Shown here piece by piece: positions 27,118-40,676 of a DNA stretch of 64,000 nt. The stretch comes from Chlorokybus atmophyticus. Taxonomy: Eukaryota > Plantae > Mesostigma and Chlorokybus algae. The stretch spans positions 299,702 through 363,701 of the forward strand of contig RHPI01002048.1 in assembly GCA_009103225.1 (NCBI GenBank). Direction: 5' to 3'. Both the position numbers and the translations under genes were made by a program. The number at the start of each line of letters is the position of its first letter. Positions within the stretch are counted from its first letter, which is position 1. The notes under the pieces are model-generated. The model saw nothing but the letters and a program-made list of their open reading frames with translations. It ran no database searches and was not told where the DNA came from.

Positions 27118-30100
27118 TTACGCCAGTGTGTACGAAGGAGCTGGCAAATTCAACACGGTGGTTTTGATCTTTGTCATCATGATAATGCTGTTTGTAATGC
27201 CTTGCGAGCCGATACCACTGTCACGCACACCCTGCACAGTTGAAGAGGTCAACATTGTTGAACAACTCGAGCACCGGAAGCCAACCCCATGCGGCCGCTC
27301 ATGAACACGCAGAAAGGGCATGACAAAGGATGAAGCATACCTGAAATGGGAAGTGATCAGGTCCACGTGCCGGCGCTGCGTTGACCTGCACAGTGCCAGT
27401 CTCCATGCCATCGCTGACAAGAATGGCCTTGTTGATGTCTTGGGTGAACACGCAACCCTGAATGTTCCAGCCACATTAATAGCAAGACACACAAGTGCAT
27501 AGACAAACACTTGCAGTATGCATATTATACCTGGAGACCATAGTTGGAGTTGTTGGCAATCGACAGCGCCTCCTCCACGGTCTGCACGCGGACAAGCGGA
27601 AGCACCTGCAGAACAACAATTATTTGAAACACGACAACACCGGTGATGATGATATCTGCGTGCATGTGCAACACAGAAACATCAGTGTGTGCAGATTGTT
27701 GTCCCACTTGCACACAGGCAGGTTATCACTCCTTATGATGATATGCATTGGTCCTTACTGGTCCAAAGGGCTCCTCCCAGCAGAGTCGGTGATCTTTGGT
27801 GACGTTGTCGATGAGGAGCGGGTATATCAAGTTGCCCTCACGCTTGTATGGCTGCAAACGGTTGAAGGCAATGAATTTCGTATTCCACCAACAGAGGGCA
27901 AACAAGAGAACACAGACAATGCTGTGATATGCACTGCTCGTACCCAACCATGAAAGAACAGATGGATGGCTTGCAGCTTCACAACATTACCTGCAACAGC
28001 TTGGCACCCTTCCCTTCAGCATCTTTAACAAGGCCTTCAATGAAGTCGGCGGAGCTCTGGCTGATCACTGGTGTGATGTCGCAGTCATCCTCGGGAGCAC
28101 CCACCTTGAGCTTCGACATGCCCTCAAGCACCTGTGCATGTGGTACATCATGTCACCCTGGTTTACTCATCTTGCTTGTGTGTACATCCTCAGAACTGCT
28201 ACTGAGATGACAGCTTGCTTGATATTGCCAACTCGCATGCACACATTCCTCGTGTGAGGTTGAGCAGCAACACACGGGGCTCAACACGTTGCTGCATGTG
28301 TAAATATGTGAAGCGTACCAGCCTGATAAGCTCATCGGCAATAGGTGCCAATGCCAGCACCAGCTTCACTGCCGTGCACCGCTGCCCACTGCAAGCACGC
28401 AGATTCAAAACCATAACTCCACACTAGCTCAACCATCATGACAATTGTCCCCTTTCCACAACGCTGTGGTCACCTGTACGAGTAGCCGCCCTTCACAATA
28501 TGCTTCGCGGCGAGCGCGAGATCTGCATCCTCAAGCACAATAGCGGCGTCCTTGCCGCCGAGCTCCATTTGAAGAGGAACCATGCCAGCCTTGCGGCTGA
28601 TGGAGAGGCCTGTATCGCCGCCAGTAAAGCTGCCAACCATTGCCATGTACAATAAACTTGCTTAATGTATGCATCCCTTATCCAGTTGATGTTGCCTATT
28701 GTTGCATCGATCTACTGCTGTGTATACCTGATGCAGTTGACCAGCTTGTGAGTAGTCAGGTAGTCACCGATCTCAGAGCCCTTTCCAGTGACAACAGACA
28801 CGAGGCCGGGTGGGAAGCCTGCCCTTGCAAAGCACTGCGCCATGTGCAGGCCCGCCACTGCGCCCTGCAGTGGTCATAGTGGTGAGTGTCGAGTGTTTCA
28901 TCTAGCAGCAACTACCACCTGGAGTCAGGGGCTGTGACGTAGAGGCAGAGGGGTCGATTATACTCAGCAATTCTTGGGGTTGTGACTGTGTCAATTGGCT
29001 AAAATTGCATGTGATATCTGTTGACCGACGGCTGGTTAGTAGTCAGCTTGCAGCATCACCTGCGTGGGTGGCTTAAGCACGATGGAGTTTCCGGCAATGA
29101 TCGCTGGCGCGAGCTTGGACACGGCGAGGTTGACGGGGTAGTTGAAAGGAGGGATGCAGAGGACGACTCCAAGAGGGACCTGTGGGACACTGTTAATTGG
29201 GCTCACAAGCAAAGATTGAGTAAGTCTTGACAACGTCACACTTCCATTTTGCCACCTTAGATGAAAGACAGAGCTTTGACCGGTCGGTGCCAGGGAACGA
29301 GTCAGACATTAGCAGCTTGCCCTCGCCAAGGATGCGCACGCCCTCTTCGGCTGTATAGTCGATCAGATCTGCTGACCGCAACACCTGCAACCACCGTACT
29401 TCAGCATCAACACTTCAGCTGGACCTCTGGCACTAGTAGCCACTAGGCTACGAGCTGTTGGACACGGTGCTGTAACGGTGATTTTTCTTGGAATGTCATT
29501 ACGCAATGGCTTATGCCTGTAGTATATACATACTGAGCAGTCTAGTCGAAGGACTTGCACTGCCCGGTGTGCGTACCCTTGTTTAAGTATGCGCAGCAGC
29601 AGTGCGGGGTGCTTGCAACCGTTAGCACGCACAATTCGCAGAGCAACACCAGTGTACCTCAGACATTGCATCCTTTTTGGGCTTTGCAATCTCCTTGACG
29701 AGGGTGTCCGCCATTTCCTGCAATGGCAATCAGCCCGCTTTCACTTACCACTGAACTGACACGCACGCACGCACAGTAAATGTGCATTCGTACAGCCACT
29801 TGACATGCAGATTTGCCGGCGCATGCAACATGACCAAGGAATGTAGTCACAGTTCACGCGCACATGAAGCACACACTCGTGTTGAACACTGACGACTACG
29901 CAATAGTCGGTGTCTCATGTGCACTGATAGACGTGACATAGCAGCCTGCGTTCCATATATATCGCCCATGAGCTAGTTCTTTCAATTTGACAACGTAGAT
30001 GGACAAGCATGCACAGCACTCTCCTCACAGATTTGTTGTCTGGCATGACAGAAGCTATCACCTTGGGATGCTCACGCATGAGCTTCGCGGCAGCGTGAAG

Positions 30101-30425
30101 CAGTTCGGCCCGCTTGTAAAGGGGCGTCCTGGCCCACTGCTGTTGAGCAGCCTTGGCGCAATTGAAAACCTCATCCACCTCGCTTTGCGTGCAAGCTGGA
30201 CCGACAAGCAATGCAACAATCAGCCTCCACCAACCTCAGCATGAGCTCATTCAGTCAAAGTTGGAACACATGCAAACCCTAACCCTGCATGGTGTAGCAT
30301 TTCTCGTTGGTGCTTGGGTTCAGGTTGGACACCGTCTTGCCGCTCTCGCTCACCGTCCACTTGCCGTTGCTGAGAAACTTGTACACGTCGCCATTCTTGA
30401 TTTCGTCATAGAAAGCGTCCGCCAT
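27118..30425 (-). CDS. GAPN: NADP-dependent non-phosphorylating glyceraldehyde-3-phosphate dehydrogenase (ALDH11 family), multi-exon
   Basis: MADAFYDEIKNGDVYKFLSNGKW, WARTPLYKRAELLH, EEGVRILGEGKLLMSDSFPG, PLGVVLCIPPFNYPVNLAVSK, FTGGDTG...PLQMELGGKDA, YSGQRCTAVK, WEEPFGP, RGPDHFPFQG, DSGIGSQGITNSI...LPAPSYTLA*. Confidence 0.97.
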
Positions 30426-31348
30426 GTGGAACAAGCCTGTTGCACCCTAACAGTTTTTGCTGATAGCTCGCTGCGCACACAATCTGCAAATGCTCAATTT
30501 ACAATTTTGTGCAATGCACGGAACCGAAGCTCAACACACGAAGAACTCAGGCTCAAAGCCAACCGGCTGCTTGCATATGAAGACGGTCAACAGCGATGAG
30601 AGACACCTCGACTATCAGCACAACCACGACGACATCTACCTGGGCCTCGCAGCCGCCACTGTACAGGGTTGAAAGCAATAACACCCAGCACTGGGCAACA
30701 CTGTTGCAAAAGTGAGCACAGTGTGTGGTGCAATGCGTTAGGCTTACGTACGGCACACATCCCAAAGACTTCCACGCCGGTCAACTTTAACTGTAGAGTG
30801 GTTTTGGTTCTACGGTTAGAGCGCAGCTTAGACGCAAATGGAGACTATTTGTTCGCTCGTGATGGCGGTCAACACCCCACAGAGCTGTCCCGATCCCAGT
30901 CAACACAGCCGAGTCTCTGGTCGATAGGTACGGACCTGGCTGCTTTCCCTGTTCGACGTTCGACAAGCAGAAGTCCGTCCGTCAATCAAGGGCGGTTACG
31001 CGAGAGAACTTGATTCTCTAGCTCGGAGGGACCGTTTCGTAACATTGAACTTCGACCCTTGGTGATGCCAGCATGGAACCTTCTAACCTTGCCTTGTGCA
31101 CGACAAGTTGTGCTGATTTTGATCAGCAGTAACGCACTTGTTAGCTAGCCATCACCATTCTTAGTGTTCAATGCAATTAACGAAAGTCGCTTACATAAGC
31201 AATATGAGCCAGCTCTTAATCGGTGTTACACATAATGTATATGTTGATTGTCCATTGTGATCTATCGCATGTGTTTGCGTGCAATATATATGTTAGTAAA
31301 TATATGCAAATTACGCCAAGTTACATCATGCATGTTTTCACACGTATA

Positions 31349-34292
31349 CATGGGCCCTGCAGGCCGTGCCAGTACTGGCACGAACCGGTTATGCCAATAA
31401 CTATACCTGTCCTTTGGGTGTTCTCTCACAACCCCCCGAAACTGGCACAAAACCACTTGAACTAGTAATAAGTTTAAATTCATTAACTGATCGCTGGCTC
31501 AAGTGGTTTTGTGCAAGTACTAACATACCAAAAATGGGGCCAAACTTGCACAAAAACATTGATGGCATGCTTGACAAGAGTGCCGGAACTGGCGCACATA
31601 ATTCATTTACCAGTTCTGGCACGGGCGTTTTAGGTGCTGATGCGACTCTCACTGTGCCGAAACTGGCACCAGCTATCGAACATAGTGTGTTAAAACTTGG
31701 CGATATCTCATTGTGACGACGCTGGCACCAGATGATGATATGTCAGCTTGAGTACTAGGTAATGCATAGCATATATTAAATTATGATAATGTATCAAGAA
31801 ATGGTTGTCTCAACATGCCCTCACCACATGTAGCAACAATAGCTAATGATAATCACTTGCTAAGCTTAAGCTTGTCTTTGAGCTAGCAGTAGCTGTAGCT
31901 CAATGTTGCGCGCTCAGACCCAAGACCTGCCCATGCAGACCCAAGACTTGCTGCGCCTCTTGCGCACAAGCTTAGAGGTGTATATAGCCGCCAGCAGCGT
32001 CGACATGGTTGCCACACGGTTGGTGGCTGCTGCCAAAAACCCTCCGCTCTACAGCATCGCGACCAATGCTGACAAGACCTGTAGACCAGTAGACTAGAAT
32101 AAGACCAGGCTCACAAACAGCACATACCAGCAAACTGACCGTATCAATGCCGACGACCAGCAGCGACAGCGCGTTGTTGCCAAAGCTAAACCGGTCCCAG
32201 AATTGACCACAACAGCTTTGTGTAGCCATGTTGTAAACTCTCTTTGGTATGGTATAACTTCTTAAGATCTTGATACATAGCAACACAGCAACCATTGCAC
32301 AAAAATGAGATGGTTGTTTAACCTAGTTTTATAAGCCTAAATCACAAGCTGACATGGGTGCTGTCCACATATATAAAGCGTACCCGTTAAACAGGCGGTC
32401 AATAATGTACAACGACTATTTCTTCTACCACACCTATTGCTGACGGGCTTCAAGGCTAGCAGGCTCGCCGTTAATGGGGACTCGCAAGTTGAGCGCATTT
32501 AATACTTGCTTCAATAAGTTGTGGAAGCAAGTATCCTAATGAATGTAACGTGCTTGCAAACAACAGCAAAACTTCCAGCTGCAACAGAGCACCTTCTTTA
32601 ATGAGTGGAACAGTTCATGTTTGCAGCTTGTCTTTTTGCTTATGTGACATAGTTTTAGTGACAAGCGTTGCAACTAGATAATTAACACTGTGCTTAAAAC
32701 CTACACACTTGGAAACAAAGAACATTTTGCACACAAGAGGTTGTTGAGCAATTGTACCGGTGATGATGTTGATACTTTTAGGGTTGTTAAATGCCTTCAG
32801 CAAACTTTCACATCAAGGGGCAGTGTCATTAGCATGTGCTTTTTTACTTGGTGTAGCTTTTGTATGAAATAAGTCACATACGGACCGCCAGTAAGCCACG
32901 TGCTTCCAATGCTGACATGACAGTGCTAACGTAGATGCGAATCCACTTGCATGTGAGCAAACGCTTGCTGTGCACATTAATGCAGATAGGACAATAAGAA
33001 ATGAGCACGCCTGCTGCCCGGCTTGCCTCTGATATCTAGCAGCACAACACTTAGCTGATCATGTAAACAAGTACAAACACATGCTTACACCACACCCACC
33101 CACACAGACACCAAAAAAGAATAAGAAATAAAGGCCGGAAGAACGACAGCTGCCGCAGCAGGCAGCAAGCAAGTGGCTGCTGGCAGCTTTGCGCTTACTG
33201 CTGACTTGCTGCGTCTATCTGCTCGGCCGAGCAGCTGGACGCAGCAAGCCAGCAGTCAGCCACGCGCTTGCCTGCGTGCTACCTGCTGCTAAACAGCGTT
33301 AAGCAGCAGGTAGCATGCAGCAAGAAACAATCGCAAGACCATGAAAACTGCTTAAAAACTATGACAATCAAGGCAGCACTTGAAAAAGTAATTAGCAGCT
33401 TGCAAGCATTGCCGATGGTACAAACGCAAGCAACCATACCTCAGCTAAAGGGGCGTCCTCGCCGAGCGCCCGGCGAGGCCCTCCTGAGGCGATCTCTTCA
33501 GCAAGTCCGCAAGCAGCAAGCACTAGCCGCAGCAGGTCGTGCCTAACTGCGTAGTTGCATCAAGCCGCTCAGTCGAGCAGGTTGAAGCATCTTAGCAGCC
33601 AGCTGCGCCCGTCACCACACCTACGTCAGCCGCCTTCGTCACGCTCTCCCCACTTAAGCTTACAATTGCCGGCTGCACTACTGTGGTGTTGGGCGGGAAC
33701 TCACACAAATTTACAAGGCGGGAAACTCAGAAGCTTGTAGCGTATAAAAGGCTTTGTTAACAATAAACTACACGGTGTTAGCAAATGACAAGCCGGGCTG
33801 GTACGGGTCACGGGGTGGGGTGTTAACTGACTCATGCAGCTTGAGCTGACAATCAAGGTCTGAGTGACTCGGTAAGTTAGGCTCTATACTGATCCGGTTC
33901 TTTCAAGTCTCAATGGAAGTTTTCGCTAAGTCTGCCGCCACGGCGGGGTTGAAGCTATTTGGATTAAGCTATTGATGCTAGTCTTGGAGTCTTAAGGTCT
34001 TATATCAATAACGTCATTGATTTAATTAGTTACAAAAAATGGCACAAGCTATTTGATCCTTGACTGGTCCGAGCTTGTACCAGTGTTGGCGCGGCTTGTG
34101 AAAGCGATGCCATTGCTAGCACAGTACTTGTGCTATTACAGGCGTATCAATTATGAACCAGTAATGGCACAGTTTGTGCCAGTACTAGCACAAGTCTTTT
34201 GCAAGTTGCCTGTACTTGCAAAGTTTTCGCGCCAGTACTGCCACGGAGCGGCCCCGTGCCAGTACCACATGTCCAGCAGCGCTAGACCCATG
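31349..34292. mobile_element. Decayed TIR DNA transposon, hAT-like (tentative)
   Basis: Termini CATGGG (31349) and CCCATG (ending 34292). Both ends carry clusters of (A)CTGGCAC motifs, including the palindrome CGTGCCAGTACTGGCACG (31365-31382) and variants at about 34176 and 34228. The interior is AT-richer, with faint minus-strand remnants LPLDVKVC* (cf. hAT LDV.TRWNS) and VERRVFGS. No 8-bp TSD is visible. Confidence 0.45.
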
Positions 34293-34849
34293 TGATAGAA
34301 TAGGGTCCTTCTTAACAGATGTGCTATTGCAATATCTATAAGTACTAATCAGCTGCTCATATGTAGCAAAACATGATAACACTCTATGTACGAAGCTCGC
34401 AATTGAACCCCCACATCATTACGGATGTTATGAACATTAATACTGGCCACCACCACCACCATCTTTAGCCTACAAAGGCTCTGCTTTACGTGGATGCAAG
34501 TGCGTTGTAGATTCAGTTAGAGGGGAGCAGCGGGCATAACCTGCAGCATATTAATGCAGAGGTTTGGCGTGGTGGTGGGTTGGATGGATGGATGACGCAA
34601 TGCTTGTGTCATATTGTGTATGTGTCCCCCCCCNCTCCTTATCGTAAGCACTGTCGTTGCCACCAGCGGAGCAGAGCAGTATCTGCTTCAGGTGGGCGGA
34701 CTACCTACCTGCCCTTTGCGTGCACATATACATAAGCTTTGGGCTGTTTGCTTTGCTCATGGCATCACGCTGCTACTATTAGATTTCTCGCCGATCGTGC
34801 TTGCTGGGTATACTTTGTGGCCCCTCTGTTCCATTATAAAGCACGTATA

Positions 34850-34964
34850 TATTTAAAATCTAATACTATTTTTAGAAGGTTTAAAAATGCACTCGATAGC
34901 CTCATGTAATTATTAATCATACAAATAGCACTAAACATATGACCAATATGTATACATAGTTACA

Positions 34965-35006
<42 letters not shown>

Positions 35007-35350
35007 TATGTATATATATACACTATACATATATGTCAATCACATAGCGTTGTATGGCAATTAATAAACATAATATCCTCGCTTGCATTGCGGCATAAAT
35101 ACTATTTATGCATGCTTGTGTTGAAGACTTTATTCGAAATTAATGGTGTATCCATGTATACATATGATCATTTGAATTTGTTTACAACGCACATTGGTAC
35201 ATGCATGTCGTATGACGCTATAGGGCCAACCCCACGCGATGTGAATTAATCGTATTGGATGCATATGTGTGAAACGTGAGCCACTTTTACTGATTTAATT
35301 ATGCAAGGTAATAGTCATTACGATTTTGTGATAGCATTGAGGTTTTATAA
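34850..35350. repeat. AT-rich tract with (TA)n microsatellite (about 34967-35020)
   Basis: Directly visible. Confidence 0.85.
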
Positions 35351-36984
35351 AATGCCAACTACATAGCTCAAAGCCGCAGCCCGGTCGCCGCAGTTACGAA
35401 CCGGCTTGATTACAGGGACTGCACCTTTACGTATCCGTGATTCGCGGGTGCGCAGGTTGCGGGGGGCGCGACCAGCCATGGTCCGATCAATCGGACCATG
35501 CCATCCGGCTCTTGGACCAGACCGCTAATCACGCGGAATTAGCACGACACCAGTATGCTACAACGTATCAGACATGGTCTGCGGGCCGCATACGGCTGGT
35601 CTGCGCATAGAAATCCCTGTGCAAACAGGCGTTGCATGCCAGTTGCTCCGTGAGAGGCAGCATCCACGCCTCCTCCACCAACCTTCTGGTTGAAAGCACA
35701 TTACTTGAGCATTCGCTTGCATGATCTTGCAAGTCAACTCAAGCCACACCAGCCATACAAGCAAATTCATCTGACGAAGTCACTTGTACAGCTTTGGGCA
35801 CAACGCAAGCAGCTTCTGCGCAGCAATCAACATGCGCAATTGCACTTTCTATGTTCATCCGTAACCAAGCTAGCAGCTAGCAGCTGCCAACTTGGTATGT
35901 CTGTATTAGACGAGAGGCACGCTTGTCTGTTGCAATCAATGATCCAAATGCAAGCCACTGAGCCAGCTATTGACGAAACGCAAGCACATGCAGTGACAAC
36001 ACTCTCACATGCATAAGCGTTAAAAGAGCAGCACTTACAACGAGCATTAACAATTGCTGCCGGCAGGGGTCTAGTAAAGGGGTATTTTTATCGCAATCTT
36101 AGCAACAACAAGCCAATAACAGCTGTGGCAGCAGCAGCCGCTGTAACACTGTGCTTGCATGAAGACTACAGCAAGGTTTTTAGCAGTGCTACGGTACACA
36201 GAACGCTTTAGCTGTCAGCAGCAGCGTATTAACATACCACCTACCGCTTATCATCACTACCCGCACCGCCGTCGCCGCCATCTTGGTTTGCACCTGCAAC
36301 GACAGCTCGGCAGGATGCATTAACACTCCAGCAAGGACGGATAACTACAAGCTGCAGGCTGCTTGCGCGTCTACTTATGTATGCTTGTTCCAATCCGTTA
36401 GGTCAGCGGCAATGAGCAATTGTACCATGTATGGTGCGCAAGCAATGCATTTGTATCAACGCGTGTGTATTGCTATATAAATCCTCTGGCGGGGCACGCG
36501 ACCTGCACTGACGCGATTACTGGTAAAGGACCATGTCCGGTGCGTGGCGACCACCGTGGTTTTTGGACCAGCGGCTGCTCTAAGAGGGTCTTTACACCTA
36601 AGGTTCGAGCCTCGCGGTTATCAGACGTGGCGGCGCTTTTCGTTCTAACCTAATGGAGGCACCAGTTACACTAGTCGATTAGGCCGCCGGTTAGTATCGA
36701 GCTGCTTAACCTCGATGCCAGCGTGGCTATTTGTCTGCAATGCATTGCAGTGCATTATCAACTTTTCCTAAACCACCTCCCAAGCGGCTTTAGGAAATGT
36801 TAAGGGGGGCCGCGGCAGTTGCGGTCGCGTCTGAGTGGACGACAAAGCCTGAGCTGATACTCGCGCCTTTTGTCGTGTATTTCAAACATGCCGACGCTGG
36901 GGTTTTTTTAAAGACTGCGACGGCGGAGTTCGCAGGGCAGGCGGAGGCGGTGGCATTGCGAGGTGGTTTGTTGTGTTGCTTGCT

Positions 36985-39228
36985 ATGGACGCTCAGCACA
37001 TGCAGCATCTGTGGCATGCAATGCAAGCTAGTCAACCCACTGCTGCACCAGGTAGACTGCACTATGCTGCGTCCACGTCACCGGATGTAACCCTTGATGG
37101 CTATTGGGCGCAGCGAGCGCATGAGCTACTGCAGCACATCCCTCCCAACCCAGCCACAGGACCTCATCTGGTGCAGGTGTGATTGCACGTGCGTGCATGC
37201 GTGCGTGCGTGTGTGTTCATGCGTATGTGTGTGTGTGTTTGTGCGTGTGTGTAAGAGTGTGATTGCGTATGTGAGTGCGTGCGTGTATGTGCAGTGCAGT
37301 ATAGTGCGTGCGTGCGTGAGTGTGAGAGTGTGATTGTACTTGTGAGTGTGTGCGTGTGTGTAAGAGTGTAATTGCAGATGTGAGTGCGTGTGTGTGTGTG
37401 CGAGTGAGCTTGCATGCGTGCGTGCGTGCATTCAATTCATGCATCACTCAGCGGCGTGATTCCGATCTGCAGATGCCCATCCCAGCACCCGCAATGTCTT
37501 GGCCAGACGCACGCCCCGACTCGCCGCCCAGCACCGTGCCGACTGAGCCCATTCCGGCTCAAGAGCCCCCCGCGCACTCCGAAACTGCGCCGGTGCATTG
37601 CCCAACGTCTGAGCATGTTGCGCGAAGTGCCCCTTCGAAGAAGAAGAAGGCCACGCCTGCAGCAGCAGGTACACGTGTGTGCACAGTCTGGATGAGCTTG
37701 CGTGCTGCATGCATGTGCTAGAATGTGCACGTGTGCGCAGTGCGAATGTGTTTGTGTGCTGTGATGTATGTGTGTGTAGAGTCAAGCAATTCGTGCATGT
37801 GCGTGCATGGTGATACAATAACTGTGCATGTGTGTGCACAGTCAGAATCTGCTAGCATGCATGTGTGTGCACACTCACAGCACCTGCGTGCACGTGCACA
37901 GTCAGTGTTGAAGTTTGTACATGTGCATGGCTAGAGGCTGTGCGCGTGCAGGTGTGTAGATTGATAGGTGCTTGCATGTGTGTGCATGGTGATACAATAA
38001 ATGTGCGTGTGTGTGCACAGTCAGAATCTGCTAGCGTGCATGTGTGTGCACACTCACAGCACCTGCGTGCACGTGCACAGTCAGTGTTGAAGTTTGTACA
38101 TGTGCATGGCTAGAGGCTGTGCGCGTGCAGGTGTGTAGATTGATAGGTGCTTGCATGTGTGTGCATGGTGATACAATAAATGTGCGTGTGTGTGCACAGT
38201 CAGAATCTGCTAGCGTGCATGTGTGTGCACACTCACAGCACCTGCGTGCACGTGCACAGTCAGTGTTGAAGTTTGTACATGTGCATGGCTAGAGGCTGCG
38301 CGCGTGCAGGTGTGTAGAATGAGAGTAGGTGCTTGCATGACTGCCCGGCGTGTACTGTGCAGGCAAAAAGCGTGCAGGAACGTGGAGTGCAGCGGAAAGC
38401 ATTTGGTTGATTGCTGCACACAAGGAGTCCCACGAGAAGTGGGCCACCGGCGTTTACCAAGCAAGCAAGAACAAGACCTTGAAGTGGAAGGAGATTGCAG
38501 CAGCTGCATCTAAGCTTGCCGAGGCAGCCAATGGGGTGTTCGAGCGCACACCCGCTCAGTGCGATGATATGTCAGCCACTTGCTGGTTGTTGTGTGCATG
38601 CGAACGTATGTATGCAGCCAGGGTTCGTGTATGTGAGTGGGTAGTGCGCCTTTCTAACATGTGCATGGGCTACAGGTGGAGCAACATGAGATCGCAATAC
38701 TATGAGATCCGTCGCTTTGCTAGGCGGTCAGGCGCACCCGACTACGTCAGCCTTGAGGTAGATCACAAGAAGGAGTGGGAAGTGCCCAACAACTTGCTGG
38801 GCAACAACATCCGTGTCTACGAGTTGATGGAGGACGCGTTGGGCAGCACCGCAGCTGCAGAGCCACCCACCTCTTTCACCGCCGGGGGAGGTGAGGAGGA
38901 GCCATCAAAGACTTGCCAAGGTATGTTCATGTTGTCAAGCAAGACTGCCTCACACTTGGCAATAGCATGCTTACGTTGTGCTATTCTAGATGAGACTGCT
39001 GGCACCACGGGTAAGAAGCGCAAGGCCAAGGTCTCTTCCATTAGTGACGCGATCAACCGCCAGTGTGAGCAGCAGGAACGTATGGCAGCGGAGCGCGCCG
39101 AAAGGGAGGCAGCTGCCAAGCAGATAGAGCTAGCAGCACTTAAGGCAGAGGGGGATAAGCAGTGCTCAGCTATTTTAAGTCTAGGAAAAATGCTGAGTGA
39201 GGCTATTATGACACTGCGTTCCGTTTGA
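36985..39228 (+). CDS. Harbinger-associated Myb/SANT-like (trihelix) DNA-binding protein, about 5 exons
   Basis: Phase-consistent exons give ...KKKKATPAAAG-KKRAGTWSAAESIWLIAAHKE...LKWKEIAAA...RTPAQCDDM-WSNMRSQYYEIRR, i.e. the W...W..I...R...QC..(K)W.N trihelix pattern, then an acidic linker and coiled-coil tail. No stops seen. Confidence 0.85.
37790..38340. repeat. 179-bp minisatellite, about 3 near-identical copies, in an intron of the Harbinger Myb gene
   Basis: gcatggtgatacaata...cagaatctgctagc...gttgaagtttgtacatgtgcatggctagaggctg recurs at 179-bp spacing; the ORF track repeats at 37865, 38044 and 38223. Confidence 0.93.
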
Positions 39229-39320
39229 GGGCATGTTGTAGCAAAATCATGCATTATGTATCTGTAGCAGGGAACAATGTTACAAGTAGGGTTAGTGTTG
39301 CAACGTGATAGCAATTTGCA

Positions 39321-40676
39321 CTACATGAATTGTTCCGCTAGTAGGTCTCTGACCAAGCTACCAGTGTTGTCCAGGTTGTCATTGTCTGCAGTAGCATGCA
39401 GGGCCATATCTCCATCAGCATCTAGCGCATAGTCTAAAGGCTCCTCCCCCGCTCTAACACAGAAGTTGTGAAGTACACAACATGCACCAATAACATAAGG
39501 CACGGACAACACGTCGCTACTGATAGTCTCCTTCAAGATGCGCCACCTGCTTTTTAGCACCCCGAACGCTCGTTCAACAGCCATGCGTGCGGACGAGTGG
39601 CGGAAGTTGAAAACACTCTGCCACTCAGGTAAAGCATCACGCTGTCCAGGGTAGGGCACGATCAGGTGTTGAGTTAACGGGTATGCAGCATCACCGAGAA
39701 TGTAAGGGGTCACACGATCACCAGAGTCAAGTGTCAGGATGGGCTCTTGCATGATGGTCTTGTCTTGGTAAATGGATCGATACAACCCGGAACTGCTGAA
39801 CACCCTTGCATCATGCACACTGCCGGGCCAGCCAATGTCGATATGGGTGAAATGCAGGTCGTAATCGACCACGGCCTGCAGCACGCATGCAATTTTATGT
39901 ACGACACAACTTGCGGCGACATAATGCATGGGTCATACTTGCATAGGTTGCATAGATAGGTACACGCTTACTTGAAGGATGATGGAGTAGCTGCCTTTGC
40001 GGTTGAAGTAATCAGCAGCGTGTGGAGTAGTCGGCTTCTTGATCATAATGTGACTGCCATCTATAGCGCCTACGCAGCCTGGGAATCCTTTACCCTCCCA
40101 ATGCGCCATTATTACTTGCCTCAAGCGCGCACCCTCCGGCCATGCTATTAAGGCACGCAGTTCTGCACTGACAACTCGCACAAACTGCTCACAAATTTGG
40201 CAAGCACTAGCAGTGCTTACACCCATCAACTCACCTAACACATGATAAGGGGTACCGTGTCCAAGCCTATGCAACCCTATGGCAACCCGCTTATGCAATG
40301 GTATCGCTTCTCTAAAGCGTGTATCGATTTTAAATAACTCAGTGTTAGATAAGGCCTGGCACAATGCATTGAATGAAGCTGCACTCGAACGAAAGTGAGT
40401 CTTCCACATAGCATCAGGCCAATGTACAGACACGACTCTATCAAACCACGCTTGTGTCCGCGGAAAGCAATACCAAATGCTGACATGCTCTCGCATCGTA
40501 GCAACAGCCGCCCATGCAGTGCTTGTGGAGTGCATGTCCTCTCCATCTGCTGGCAAGGATAGCAAACGCTGACGCCGAGCTTGGTGACTGGTCAACGCCT
40601 GCCTGATTGTGGCGATCAACGCCCCAATGATGGCCAGTAACATGCCTCGCATTACTGCTGCTGCTGGAGCATCCAT
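39321..40676 (-). CDS. PIF/Harbinger transposase (HARBI1-like DDE_Tnp_4 nuclease), 2 exons
   Basis: FREAIPLHKRVAIGLHRLGHG, FPGCVGAIDGSH (D), YFNRKGSYSIILQ|AVVD, GWPGSVHDARVF, ILGDAAYPL (D), FNFRHSSARMAVERAFGVLKSRWRIL (E), ACCVLHNFC. A 96-bp GT-AG intron lies at 39876-39971. Open throughout. Confidence 0.95.

Noticed and set aside
35477-35500. Helitron 3' end suggested by the perfect hairpin
   Set aside because: No CTRR terminus at the expected distance on either strand, and no Rep/helicase remnant.
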